A DNA stretch of 64,000 bases from Clostridiales bacterium (lineage in GTDB: Bacteria > Bacillota > Clostridia > Monoglobales > WRBX01): assembly GCA_031263785.1 (NCBI GenBank), contig JAISFC010000023.1, forward strand, positions 20,679 to 84,678. The letters run 5' to 3'. Below are positions 9,854-19,343 of this stretch, one piece after another. Within the stretch, counting starts at the first letter, position 1. Each line of letters opens with the position of its first letter. Below the pieces are notes generated by a model. That model did no database searches. It saw nothing but the letters and a program-made list of their open reading frames with translations, and had not been told where the DNA came from. Made by a program: the position numbers and the translations under genes.

Positions 9854-10549
9854 ATGGCTCACACCTTTATTTTCACGGGCAATAATATCGAAATGGCACA
9901 GGAACGCGCTAAGCGGCAGGCTGCTCATGTCGGGGACATAGTTATCGCGAATAATCAGCGATTCGACCCCGATAATGAGGGGAAGCCCGCTTTTTCAATT
10001 GAGGGTGTGCGGCGTTTGCAAAATGAGGTGTATGCCGCGCCATTTGGCGAAAATAAAATAATAATCGTCCCGAATACGGATTTGATGGGGATCCCCGCGC
10101 AAAATGCTATGCTTAAAATTCTCGAAGAACCTCCTGAAAACTGCGTATTTTTTTTGGTTGTAGAAAATCCTAAAAAACTTTTGCCCACTATTCTCTCGCG
10201 CGCCGAGCTGGTCCGCACCCCCGCACCCTCCGAGCTCGAATTTATAAATCAAACTAAAGCGAAAAATCCCGAATTATATAAAAATATTTCCAACCTGGCG
10301 GTGCGTGCTTTTTCCGGCAAATCCGCCGATAAATATCGCGCAATTACGTTTTTAAACGAGTGCAAAGAAGACAAGCGCGACGTCCTGAACATCCTCAAAT
10401 GCATTTTTTCCTTGCATTCCGAAGACACTTCTGATATAATAACTAAGGCGGTTATACAAGAGCGTCTGGCTTCAGCCGAGCAGCGGCTTGCCGGGAATTG
10501 CAATTGGAATACCGTCGTCTGGGGGATTTTTACTGAAAGAAAAAGGTGA
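9854..10549 (+). CDS. holB: DNA polymerase III delta-prime subunit (short form)
   Basis: AHTFIFTG (the HAYLFxG box, with a degenerate P-loop) and AQNAMLKILEEPPENCVFFLV...LLPTILSRAE (the clamp-loader sensor region). It is followed by PSP1/ricT, as in Bacillus. Confidence 0.8.
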   Translation: MAHTFIFTGNNIEMAQERAKRQAAHVGDIVIANNQRFDPDNEGKPAFSIEGVRRLQNEVYAAPFGENKIIIVPNTDLMGIPAQNAMLKILEEPPENCVFFLVVENPKKLLPTILSRAELVRTPAPSELEFINQTKAKNPELYKNISNLAVRAFSGKSADKYRAITFLNECKEDKRDVLNILKCIFSLHSEDTSDIITKAVIQERLASAEQRLAGNCNWNTVVWGIFTERKR

Positions 10550-10557
10550 TTTTACTG

Positions 10558-11439
10558 ATGATAGAGGTAATCGGCGTAAGATTTTCCACAAATGTTTCCA
10601 GAGTTATTTATTTTAAACCGAACGGGCAAAAGTTCAACGTCGGCGACCAAGTTATTGCCGAAGCTCCGCGCGGGTTGGAATTAGGCGATGTTGCTATTGC
10701 CAACAAAAACATTGATGAAGTGGGCAACAAGCACGAAATTTTTTCTATTGTACGCCGCGCAAGCGACGCGGACTTGCAGACCCTAAAGCAAAACAAAGAA
10801 AAAGAGGTACAAGCCCTGCAAATATGCGCCGAAAAGATAAAGCTTCACGAATTGGAAATGGACCTCATAAGCGCTCATTACACCTTCGACCGTTCCAAAA
10901 TCTTGTTCTACTTCACTGCCGACGGGCGCGTCGATTTCCGTGACCTCGTCAAGACTCTGGCTTCGGTTTTCCGCACACGCATTGAGCTGCGTCAGGTGGG
11001 AGTCCGCGATAAGGCAAAAATCCTCGGCGGCATCGGCATTTGCGGGCGCACCCTCTGCTGTGGGACCTTTATGCGCGATTTTGAGCCGGTATCCGTTAAA
11101 ATGGCTAAGGAGCAGGGGTTATCGCTTAATCCCGCGAAGATTTCGGGCTGCTGCGGGCGGCTTATGTGCTGCCTCAAATACGAGCAGGTGGCATACGACG
11201 ATTTGATGAAAACGCTGCCCGGTTACGGCGCGGTGGTGGAGATTAAGGTGGGCGGAAAGCCTGAACGCGGCGTGGTTGAAAACATGTACGTTCTACGCGG
11301 TTTAGTGAAGATAAAGCTGGAAAAGAGCAACGAACACCACATACTTAAAGCGGAAAATGTAAAGGTGATTAAAAAAGGAACATGGCGGCAGGGCGATGAA
11401 AACACTGAAGAGGAAGAGGCGTCAAAAGACCTCGAATAG
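10558..11439 (+). CDS. PSP1 domain protein (YaaT/RicT-like)
   Basis: Cys-rich PSP1 C-terminal signature CGRTLCCGTFMRDFEPVSVKMAKEQGLSLNPAKISGCCGRLMCCLKYE. ATG 10558 follows AAAAGGTGA; the track's start at 10546 is a GTG overlapping the holB stop. Confidence 0.88.
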   Translation: MIEVIGVRFSTNVSRVIYFKPNGQKFNVGDQVIAEAPRGLELGDVAIANKNIDEVGNKHEIFSIVRRASDADLQTLKQNKEKEVQALQICAEKIKLHELEMDLISAHYTFDRSKILFYFTADGRVDFRDLVKTLASVFRTRIELRQVGVRDKAKILGGIGICGRTLCCGTFMRDFEPVSVKMAKEQGLSLNPAKISGCCGRLMCCLKYEQVAYDDLMKTLPGYGAVVEIKVGGKPERGVVENMYVLRGLVKIKLEKSNEHHILKAENVKVIKKGTWRQGDENTEEEEASKDLE

Positions 11440-11501
11440 AGGCGAAATGCTCATTTTTAATATGCGTCGGCTCGCTGTCACGCTCATAGCGGAGGTATCT
11501 T

Positions 11502-12713
11502 ATGCCTGAATTGCTCGCTCCCGCAGGGAATTTTTCAAAACTGCAAACAGCTTTTCAATACGGCGCTGATGCCGTTTATTTTGGTAATGAAGATTTTTCT
11601 CTACGCAGCAGTGGATTTAACGACGAAGACTCCCTCGCATCCGGCATCCTCCACGCCCACACTCTGGGCAAAAAAGCCTATATTACCGCTAATATTTTTG
11701 CGCACAACCGCGATTTAAACGCCCTGACGGAATACATAAAGCTTGCGAAGGAATTCTCGGCTGACGCGATAATAGTGAGTGATTTAGGGGTTTTTGAGTT
11801 GTGCCAACGCCACGCGCCGAACATTGATATTCACATAAGCACACAGGCTAACTGCACGAATAGTTTTTCCGCGCAAAAATGGCATGAAATGGGCGCAAAG
11901 CGTATCATCCCGGCGCGCGAGCTTTCCTTTGACGAAATACGCGAAATACGCCAAAATACCGCTCCCGAGCTGGAATTGGAGCTGTTTGTCCACGGCGCGA
12001 TGTGCGTAGCCTATTCGGGACGCTGCTTGCTTTCGTCCTATCTCGCGGAACGTGACGCAAATAAAGGGGAATGCGCGCAGCCTTGCAGGTGGGAATTTGA
12101 GCTGCTGGAGGCAAAAAGCGGCAATCATATTCAGGCTTTTGAAAATCGGCGGGGCAGCTTCTTTTTTAATTCTAAGGATTTATGCCTTATCCGGCGCATT
12201 GCCGACCTGGCTGAAATCGGCGTGAATTCGCTGAAAATCGAGGGCAGAAACAAATCTGAATACTACTTGGCGACGATAGTTAAGGCGTATCGCACGGAAA
12301 TTGACAACTTCCTCTCGGGGCAACCCCTCGACCCGAATTCCCTTGACGAGGTTGAAAAGGTGAGTCACCGCGAATATTGCGAGGGTTTCGCCTTCGGGGC
12401 GCAGGCAGGGCAGGTGTACAGCACCTCTTCTTACATAAGAAATTGCGATGTTGTGGCGGTGATTCTGGATTGTCAAGAGCGGGAAAACGGCGATTTTAGG
12501 CTGCTTGCGGAACAGCGCAACAAAATAAACCGCGGTGACGCCTTAGAAATTTTGCAGCCCGTCGGCAAAAATATTGCGATTGACCATGCTGAAATTTTCG
12601 ATGAGGAAGACGCGGAATTAGCCTCAACGCCCCACGCCGCCATGAAATATTGGCTTAAATGCCCGATTCCCGCGCAAGTCGGAAGTTTTGTGAGAAATGT
12701 GCATAAGATATAA
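11502..12713 (+). CDS. Peptidase U32 family protein (PrtC/TrhP-like)
   Basis: MPELLAPAGN...AFQYGADAVYFG and the U32 signature E.FVHGAMCVAYSGRCLLSSY. Confidence 0.88.
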   Translation: MPELLAPAGNFSKLQTAFQYGADAVYFGNEDFSLRSSGFNDEDSLASGILHAHTLGKKAYITANIFAHNRDLNALTEYIKLAKEFSADAIIVSDLGVFELCQRHAPNIDIHISTQANCTNSFSAQKWHEMGAKRIIPARELSFDEIREIRQNTAPELELELFVHGAMCVAYSGRCLLSSYLAERDANKGECAQPCRWEFELLEAKSGNHIQAFENRRGSFFFNSKDLCLIRRIADLAEIGVNSLKIEGRNKSEYYLATIVKAYRTEIDNFLSGQPLDPNSLDEVEKVSHREYCEGFAFGAQAGQVYSTSSYIRNCDVVAVILDCQERENGDFRLLAEQRNKINRGDALEILQPVGKNIAIDHAEIFDEEDAELASTPHAAMKYWLKCPIPAQVGSFVRNVHKI

Positions 12714-12727
12714 TCGGAGGAGATTTT

Positions 12728-13306
12728 ATGAAAATTCTAGCGGTAAACGGAAGTCCGAGAGAGCTTGGAAACACGGCGCAAATGCTAATAAGCGTGCTTG
12801 ATTTTTGCAAGGAGCGCGGCGCGGACGTCGAGTTTTTTCAGGCAGGGGGGCGCGCGGTGCAAGGGTGCCTCGCTTGCGGCTTTTGCACCAAAAAAAAGGG
12901 CAAATGCGTGACAAAGGACTGGATAAACGAATTATATCCCAAAATGAAGTCCGCCGATGCGATTCTTTTGGGGTCACCCACCTACTTTGCCGATTTAACC
13001 CCCGAAATTAAGGCGGTAATCGACCGTTGCGGGTACATATCGCGCGCGGACGGCAATTCATTAAGCCGCAAAATCGGCGCGGGCGTGTGCGCGGTTCGGC
13101 GCGCGGGGAGCATTCACGTTTTGGACTCAATCCAGCACTTTTTCCTTATAAACGACATGATTGTCCCGGGCAGTACATATTGGAACATGAGTGTCGCGCG
13201 CGATATTGGCGAATTTTCTTTGGATGACGAGGGCGTTTCCACCATGCAGCGCCTTGCCGAAAATATTATGTGGCTGCTGGAAATGAAGAGTACGAATGCA
13301 AAATAA
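12728..13306 (+). CDS. NAD(P)H-dependent FMN reductase / iron-sulfur flavoprotein-like
   Basis: MKILAVNGSPRELGNT, a Cys cluster GCLACGFC..KC, and LLGSPTYFADL. Confidence 0.75.
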   Translation: MKILAVNGSPRELGNTAQMLISVLDFCKERGADVEFFQAGGRAVQGCLACGFCTKKKGKCVTKDWINELYPKMKSADAILLGSPTYFADLTPEIKAVIDRCGYISRADGNSLSRKIGAGVCAVRRAGSIHVLDSIQHFFLINDMIVPGSTYWNMSVARDIGEFSLDDEGVSTMQRLAENIMWLLEMKSTNAK

Positions 13307-13430
13307 CGTGTAATTAAGCGATTTTTAGCAACTATGCGCATCTCGCCCGCTTAAATATCGAAATTTGTCGTAAATATCCTCTTGCTTTTTTGCGGATAAT
13401 ATGATATAGTATGCTTGTAGAGGTGATTCT

Positions 13431-14972
13431 TTGCAGAAACGATTGAGGCTGCCAAAATCTTCGGCAACCGGAAAAAAGGTTATTGTGCCGTCACGCAGCG
13501 TGAAAAAGTCCAACTCGACTAAACGGCTTTTAACCGCAATAAAGCACAGGCATCGATTTGCCCGTCGCAATATTCGTGTAGACAAGGCTAATGGGAAGGT
13601 CATTACGTCGAGCTTTTTCCGACCCCGCCCGCTTATCCATAAAATCGCTTCATACGCGGCGATAATCGCGATTTTGACCGTGGGCACCCTGAGCTCGTTT
13701 TACGCGTTCGACCTGCGGATTGGCAACGAGGTTATCGTAAACGGCAGCAGCGTGGGGCTTATTTCGGACGATGCGGAATTTGCCGCTCTGCTCACTGACG
13801 TACGCAATTTGATTATTGCGGCGGCGGACGGGATGGGCACCGGGAGCAGCGCGCAGGACTTGGATGTGACGTTTATCCCGCGTATAGTGCGGAGCAAGGA
13901 CGTTACGTCGGAGTTCACACTGCGGCAAAACATGCTCGCGGGCGTGGACCAGATGGTTCACAGCTACGCGATTTACGTCAACGGCGAGCTTATCTGCTCC
14001 TGCATCGAGGAAGAGGACGCTTTTGAGGCGCTGAGCATAGTCCGCGGGCAGTACAACAAGGGCGGGCTGCTGGAGGCGGAGTTCCTCGACGAGGTGTCCG
14101 TGCGCAAAGAATTCGTCCCGATTACTCAAGTTTTGCCGATGATAGGGGTTATTGCGGCGCTAAACGGCATGTCGCAGCACCGCGAATTTTACACCGCCAC
14201 GACGCAGGAGGACCTCGCCAACATAGCCGACCGCTTCAACATGACCATCGAGCAAATACGTGAAATAAACAGCGGAATCGACGATATCGCGGCTCCCGGC
14301 GTCAAGGTGAACGTCCTAAAGACGCAATCGGTCATCAACGTGCAGACTAAGTCTGTCGAAAAGTATAAAAAAGAGATGGATTACGCGGTAAATACCGTCA
14401 ATGACAGCTCGCTCCTTAACGGCACGACCACCGTTTCCAAAAAGGGGCGGGTGGGCATCAGCGAGGTTACGGCGACGGTTATAAGCGTAAACGGGCAGGA
14501 AGTTGAGCGCATACCTATATCTGAAATTGTCTCTCGCCAGCCGATTGATGAGGTCGTTCGCGTGGGCACGAAGAAGGGCGTCGCTTATGTTGCCGCCGCT
14601 GCTTCAAGCGGTTTCTTGCGCCCTGCTACCGGTGAGGTCACGTCAGTTTTCGGCATGAGGGGCTCCGAGATGCACACGGGGCTTGACATTGGCGCAACTT
14701 ACGGCGCGGCGGTCAGGGCAGCGATTGGCGGAACCGTGATACTTTCGGGCTGGAATGGGAACTATGGTCTTGCGGTGCGCGTTGACAGCGGTGGCGGTAT
14801 GCTCGAGATTTACGCGCATTGCAGCGAGCTTTTGGTGACGGAAGGCGATGTTGTCCGCCAAGGCGACGTAATCGCGCGCGTAGGCAACACGGGACGCTCC
14901 ACCGGCACGCATTTGCATTTTGAAATACGCAAAAACGGCACACCCGTCAACCCCGCTCCCTATATCGATTAA
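13431..14972 (+). CDS. M23 family metallopeptidase with LysM and G5 domains
   Basis: TM anchor. LysM-like YTATTQEDLANIADRFNMTIEQIREINS and G5-like TTVSKKGRVGISEVTATVISVNGQEVERIPISEIVSRQPIDEVVRVGTKK. M23 motifs HTGLDIG and GNTGRSTGTHLHFEIR. TTG start after AGGTGA. Confidence 0.85.
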   Translation: MQKRLRLPKSSATGKKVIVPSRSVKKSNSTKRLLTAIKHRHRFARRNIRVDKANGKVITSSFFRPRPLIHKIASYAAIIAILTVGTLSSFYAFDLRIGNEVIVNGSSVGLISDDAEFAALLTDVRNLIIAAADGMGTGSSAQDLDVTFIPRIVRSKDVTSEFTLRQNMLAGVDQMVHSYAIYVNGELICSCIEEEDAFEALSIVRGQYNKGGLLEAEFLDEVSVRKEFVPITQVLPMIGVIAALNGMSQHREFYTATTQEDLANIADRFNMTIEQIREINSGIDDIAAPGVKVNVLKTQSVINVQTKSVEKYKKEMDYAVNTVNDSSLLNGTTTVSKKGRVGISEVTATVISVNGQEVERIPISEIVSRQPIDEVVRVGTKKGVAYVAAAASSGFLRPATGEVTSVFGMRGSEMHTGLDIGATYGAAVRAAIGGTVILSGWNGNYGLAVRVDSGGGMLEIYAHCSELLVTEGDVVRQGDVIARVGNTGRSTGTHLHFEIRKNGTPVNPAPYID

Positions 14973-15016
14973 AAGCCTCGTTATTAAAAAAAATCTTCCG
15001 TTTGACAAAATTTTTG

Positions 15017-15045
15017 TTGACATTTCCCTTCCGTCGTTATATACT
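15017..15045 (+). promoter_or_regulatory. Sigma-A type promoter (TTGACA-17-TATACT), about 230 nt upstream of the response regulator
   Basis: TTGACA at 15017-15022, a 17-nt spacer, and TATACT at 15040-15045. Confidence 0.55.
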
Positions 15046-15275
15046 AACTAGAGAGTGACAAAAATGCCGATAAACGCAACATAACTTGCAAAAAGACGTC
15101 GCAACCGCGCTATATAATAGCGAAAACCGCTTTTGTTCCGGTTTTTTAGGAAATTCGCTTATCTATATATATTCAGGGTGATAAATCAGAGATGTCGCCC
15201 CGATAGGACGCCGTGATTAAAACTTGCGAAAATTTTGATTATGGCGCCATACCAATGTGAAGGAGTTGATGTTTT

Positions 15276-15998
15276 GTGTCATCTAGAAAAATTCTGGTCG
15301 TCGACGATGAAGCGCCTATTGTTGACATCTTGCGATTTAACTTAAAGAAAGAGAATTACGAAGTCCTCGAGGCGTATGACGGTGAAAAGGCTGTGGAAAT
15401 CGCGCTGGATACGGACCCGGACTTAATACTGCTGGATGTGATGCTCCCCAAAATGGACGGATTTTCGGCATGTCAAAAGATACGCAAGAAATCGCAGGTT
15501 CCCATAATCATGCTGACTGCCCGCGAGGAAGAGGTGGACAAGGTATTGGGGTTGGAGCTGGGCGCTGACGATTATATCACAAAACCTTTCTCAATCCGTG
15601 AGCTTATGGCGCGCGTTAAGGCCAATTTGCGCCGCGCGGACACGGACCTTTTGGCGGCGAATCAGGCAATCGCGGACGCAACCGCGCACAACGACAATAT
15701 TATCCAGCAAGGCGTGATAAGCGTCGACCTGAACCGTTACGAGACGCGCAAGGACGGGCAATTGCTGGACTTGACTCTGCGGGAATTTGAATTATTAAAA
15801 TTCTTGATTCTTCAGCCCGAGAAAATTTACTCGCGCGAAAGTCTGTTGGAAAAAGTGTGGGGATATGAGTATTACGGCGATATCCGTACTGTTGACGTGA
15901 CAATCCGCCGCTTGCGAGAAAAGCTCGAGGACAACCCGTCGAACCCGGAATACGTTTGCACAAAACGCAGTCTGGGCTACTATTTCGCGGCACATTAA
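15276..15998 (+). CDS. OmpR/PhoB-family response regulator (WalR/YycF-like); no adjacent histidine kinase
   Basis: Receiver motifs ILVVDDE, LILLDVMLPKMDG and DDYITKPF. Winged-helix LTLREFELLKFL...TVDVTIRRLREKLE. GTG start after GAAGGAG. Confidence 0.9.
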   Translation: MSSRKILVVDDEAPIVDILRFNLKKENYEVLEAYDGEKAVEIALDTDPDLILLDVMLPKMDGFSACQKIRKKSQVPIIMLTAREEEVDKVLGLELGADDYITKPFSIRELMARVKANLRRADTDLLAANQAIADATAHNDNIIQQGVISVDLNRYETRKDGQLLDLTLREFELLKFLILQPEKIYSRESLLEKVWGYEYYGDIRTVDVTIRRLREKLEDNPSNPEYVCTKRSLGYYFAAH

Positions 15999-16028
15999 AT
16001 TAAAAAACCGGAATTCGGGGGTTGACTT

Positions 16029-19000
16029 TTGGCGTCCGAATTTTTTATTGGAGTGATATTATTGACTTCTTATGAGCAGTTCAAATTGAATCAGGAAAAG
16101 CTGATTAACAGCTTGGCAACCGACCCTCCTCCCTCAAATGCGCCGACGCAAGGCAGTGTCATATGGGGCGAGGTCGGCGCGTTCAGCGGCAAAACACGCA
16201 CCGTCGGCGCGGGAACCATAGACGATATGAGCGGAACCGTCAACATCCTCGGCGAAGTTTTTTTCCTTAGAACGCGCGATATTTGGGGAGGCAAACTGCT
16301 GATTAAATTTGATGTTGAGACGGAAGATTCCATGTGCGTATCCTGCAAGCTCATCCTCGAGAAAACCGTTTCCACCTCGGTGCGTAGCAATGTGATAAAC
16401 TCCCTGAAAGTAGGCACAAATATACTGCTTCGCGGTGACGCTCAATATGATAAATACTCGCGCGAGATTGTTCTGAATACTCTGGCGATAAAATTACTTC
16501 CGCCCACTCCCGTGCGTCCCGACAACGCGCCCGAAAAGCGGGTTGAGCTGCATCTTCACACGCAAATGAGCGCAATGGACGGCGTTTCTCCTGCTTCCGA
16601 CCTAATCGCCCGCGCGATACATTGGGGGCATTCTGCTATGGCAATCACCGACCATGGCGTCGTTCAGGCGTTCCCCGACGGGCATAAAGCCGCGCGAAAA
16701 CACAAGAATTTTAAGCTTATTTACGGCGTTGAAGCCTACCTTTCCGCGGCTTCATCCACGGAGAATCCGACCTCCACAATTCCTCCAAAATATTATCACG
16801 CCGTTATTTTGGTGCAAAATTACGAGGGCTTGCGCAATTTATATCAATTAATTACGGACTCCCATATAAATAATTTCTATAAAAAACCCCGCATTTCAAA
16901 ACAGCTTTTAGCCGCAAACCGTCAGGGGCTGCTGCTTGGCTCCGCATGTGAGCAGGGCGAACTTTTTCGCGCGATTCTGGATGGAAAGCCACAGACTGAG
17001 ATTGATGAAATTGCGGATTTCTACGATTATTTTGAGGTAATGCCTCTTGGCAACAACAAGTTTATGGTTGAAAACGGCATCACGGATTTCGACGGATTAA
17101 AAGAGATAAATAGGAAGATTATCGAGCTGGGGCGCCGGAAAGGCAAGCTCGTGACAGCAACGGGCGACGTTCATTTTCTGGACGAAAAACACGCAAAAAA
17201 TCGCGCTATTTTGCAAGCGGGGCAGGGCTTCGCGGACGCCGATAATCAAGCTCCTTTATTTTTCCACACAACCGCCGAAATGCTCGCGGAATTTGATTAT
17301 CTCGACGATGCCACCGCGCGCGAAATCGTCATAACAAATCCCAATAAAATTGCCGATAAAATCGAGCGGATTCAGCCCATTCCCGACGAAACCTTCCCCC
17401 CCGTCATCGAGGGGTCGGAGCAGGAAATACAGCAGCTGTGCTACACCCGCGCGGCGGAAATTTACGGCGAAAATCTGCCCGAAACCGTGGCGAACCGCAT
17501 GGAGAAAGAGTTGAATAAAATCAACAAATACGGCTTCTCCGTGATGTACATAATCGCTCAAAAGCTTGTGGCGAAGTCACTTTCCGACGGTTACGTCGTC
17601 GGCTCACGCGGCTCGGTCGGCTCATCATTTGTGGCGTTTTTATGCGGTATTACCGACGTCAACGCCCTCCCGCCCCATTATATTTGCCCGCGTTGCCATC
17701 ACAGCGAGTTTATCACCGACGGTTCGCAAATTTGCGGCATCGACATGCCCGATAAGCCATGCCCGCACTGTTCGTTGGAAAAGATGACCAAAGACGGCTA
17801 CGACATTCCTTTTGAGACTTTTCTGGGCTTTGAAGGCGATAAGGAACCCGATATTGACCTGAATTTTAGCGGAGATTATCAGACCACCGCCCACAAATAC
17901 GTCGAGGAGCTTTTCGGCGTCAACAACGTTTACCGCGCAGGGACGATAAGCACGCTGGCGGACAAAACCACCTATGGGTTCGTGAAAAAATACATGGAGT
18001 CGCGCGGCGAAAACAATGTAAATAACGCGACAATCAACCGACTTGTGCAAGGCTGCATCGGCGTCAAGCGTACGACGGGTCAGCACCCCGGGGGCGTCAT
18101 GGTCCTTCCAAAAGGGCATGATATTCACGAATTTTGCCCCGTCCAGCACCCGGCGGACGACAAGAGTAAAAACGTCCTGACCACCCATTTCGACTACCAT
18201 TCCATCAGCGGGCGCCTGCTCAAGCTCGATATTTTGGGGCATGACGACCCGACCGTGATTAAAGTGCTGGAGGATTTCACCGGTATCAGCGCGAAAAGCG
18301 TCCCGCTCGACGATCCCGCGACCCTAAGTCTGTTCACCTCAACCAAAGTGCTGGGCGTCACGCCTGAACAAATAGGCAGTAAAGTGGGCACATTTGGGGT
18401 TCCCGAGTTCGGCACGAAATTTGTCCGCCAGATGCTCCTGGACACAAAACCAACCACTCTCGCCGAGCTTATTCGCATCAGCGGGCTCTCGCACGGCACC
18501 GACGTTTGGCTTAATAACGCGCAAAATTTGGTGAAAGAAGGCGTCGCGTCCCTAAAGGAAATCATATGCACCCGCGACGATATCATGACCTATTTGATGT
18601 ATCAGGGGCTGACGCCGAAGTCCGCGTTTGACATCATGGAGCGCGTGCGCAAGGGGAAAAAGCTGCTGCCGTCCGACGAGAAAATCATGCGCGAACACCG
18701 CGTTCCCGAGTGGTACATAAGCTCATGCAACCGAATCCAGTACATGTTCCCGAAGGCGCACGCCGTGGCATACGTCACGATGGCGTTCAGAATCGCGTGG
18801 TACAAGGTGCATCAGCCGCTGGCGTTTTATCTCGCGTATTTTTCCGTGCGCGCCGACGAGTTCAATGCTCAGACCATGACCGACCAACAAATCGCCTTAA
18901 AAACCCTGCGCAAACTGGAAACAATTGAAAATACGCTCAACGCAAAGGACAAAAACGTCATAACAATCCTGCAGGTTGTCCGCGAAACTTTCGCGCGCGG

Positions 19001-19268
19001 TTTTGAGTTCCTGCCCGTGGACCTATACTCGTCCGAGGTATCGAAATTTACACAGGAAAACGGCAAGATTCGCCCGCCGCTTATTTCCGTGCCCGGGCTT
19101 GGCGAAAACGCCGCGATTGCCATAAAAGAAGCGCGTGACAAATCGCCCTTTTCATCTGTGGACGACCTTAAAACGCGCGGAAAAGTCAACAAAACGGTCA
19201 TGGAGCTTTTGGAACAACAAGGCTGCCTCGAGGGTATGCCGGAAAGCGACCAATTGAGCTTTTTCTGA
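16029..19268 (+). CDS. polC: PolC-type DNA polymerase III alpha subunit, short form lacking the inserted exonuclease domain
   Basis: OB-like N-terminus, PHP motif VELHLHTQMSAMDG..AITDHG, PolC zinc module CPRCHHSEF...CPHC, and catalytic PDIDLNFSGDYQ. A TTG at 16062 after GGAGTGA is an alternative start. The PHP-N to PHP-C junction is only GVEAYLSAASSTENPTSTIPPKYYHAVILVQN. Confidence 0.85.
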   Translation: MASEFFIGVILLTSYEQFKLNQEKLINSLATDPPPSNAPTQGSVIWGEVGAFSGKTRTVGAGTIDDMSGTVNILGEVFFLRTRDIWGGKLLIKFDVETEDSMCVSCKLILEKTVSTSVRSNVINSLKVGTNILLRGDAQYDKYSREIVLNTLAIKLLPPTPVRPDNAPEKRVELHLHTQMSAMDGVSPASDLIARAIHWGHSAMAITDHGVVQAFPDGHKAARKHKNFKLIYGVEAYLSAASSTENPTSTIPPKYYHAVILVQNYEGLRNLYQLITDSHINNFYKKPRISKQLLAANRQGLLLGSACEQGELFRAILDGKPQTEIDEIADFYDYFEVMPLGNNKFMVENGITDFDGLKEINRKIIELGRRKGKLVTATGDVHFLDEKHAKNRAILQAGQGFADADNQAPLFFHTTAEMLAEFDYLDDATAREIVITNPNKIADKIERIQPIPDETFPPVIEGSEQEIQQLCYTRAAEIYGENLPETVANRMEKELNKINKYGFSVMYIIAQKLVAKSLSDGYVVGSRGSVGSSFVAFLCGITDVNALPPHYICPRCHHSEFITDGSQICGIDMPDKPCPHCSLEKMTKDGYDIPFETFLGFEGDKEPDIDLNFSGDYQTTAHKYVEELFGVNNVYRAGTISTLADKTTYGFVKKYMESRGENNVNNATINRLVQGCIGVKRTTGQHPGGVMVLPKGHDIHEFCPVQHPADDKSKNVLTTHFDYHSISGRLLKLDILGHDDPTVIKVLEDFTGISAKSVPLDDPATLSLFTSTKVLGVTPEQIGSKVGTFGVPEFGTKFVRQMLLDTKPTTLAELIRISGLSHGTDVWLNNAQNLVKEGVASLKEIICTRDDIMTYLMYQGLTPKSAFDIMERVRKGKKLLPSDEKIMREHRVPEWYISSCNRIQYMFPKAHAVAYVTMAFRIAWYKVHQPLAFYLAYFSVRADEFNAQTMTDQQIALKTLRKLETIENTLNAKDKNVITILQVVRETFARGFEFLPVDLYSSEVSKFTQENGKIRPPLISVPGLGENAAIAIKEARDKSPFSSVDDLKTRGKVNKTVMELLEQQGCLEGMPESDQLSFF

Positions 19269-19313
19269 TTCGGCATTGGCGAATTCTGCGATTTTTTAAT
19301 GTGTTTTATAAAT

Positions 19314-19343
19314 GCGCAACTTTATTGTTTGCGCCGCTTTTTT
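19314..19343. terminator. Hairpin between convergent polC and the downstream gene (possible bidirectional terminator)
   Basis: GCGCAA, a 9-nt loop, TTGCGC, then CGCTTTTTT. It overlaps the last codons of the minus-strand ORF. Confidence 0.4.
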
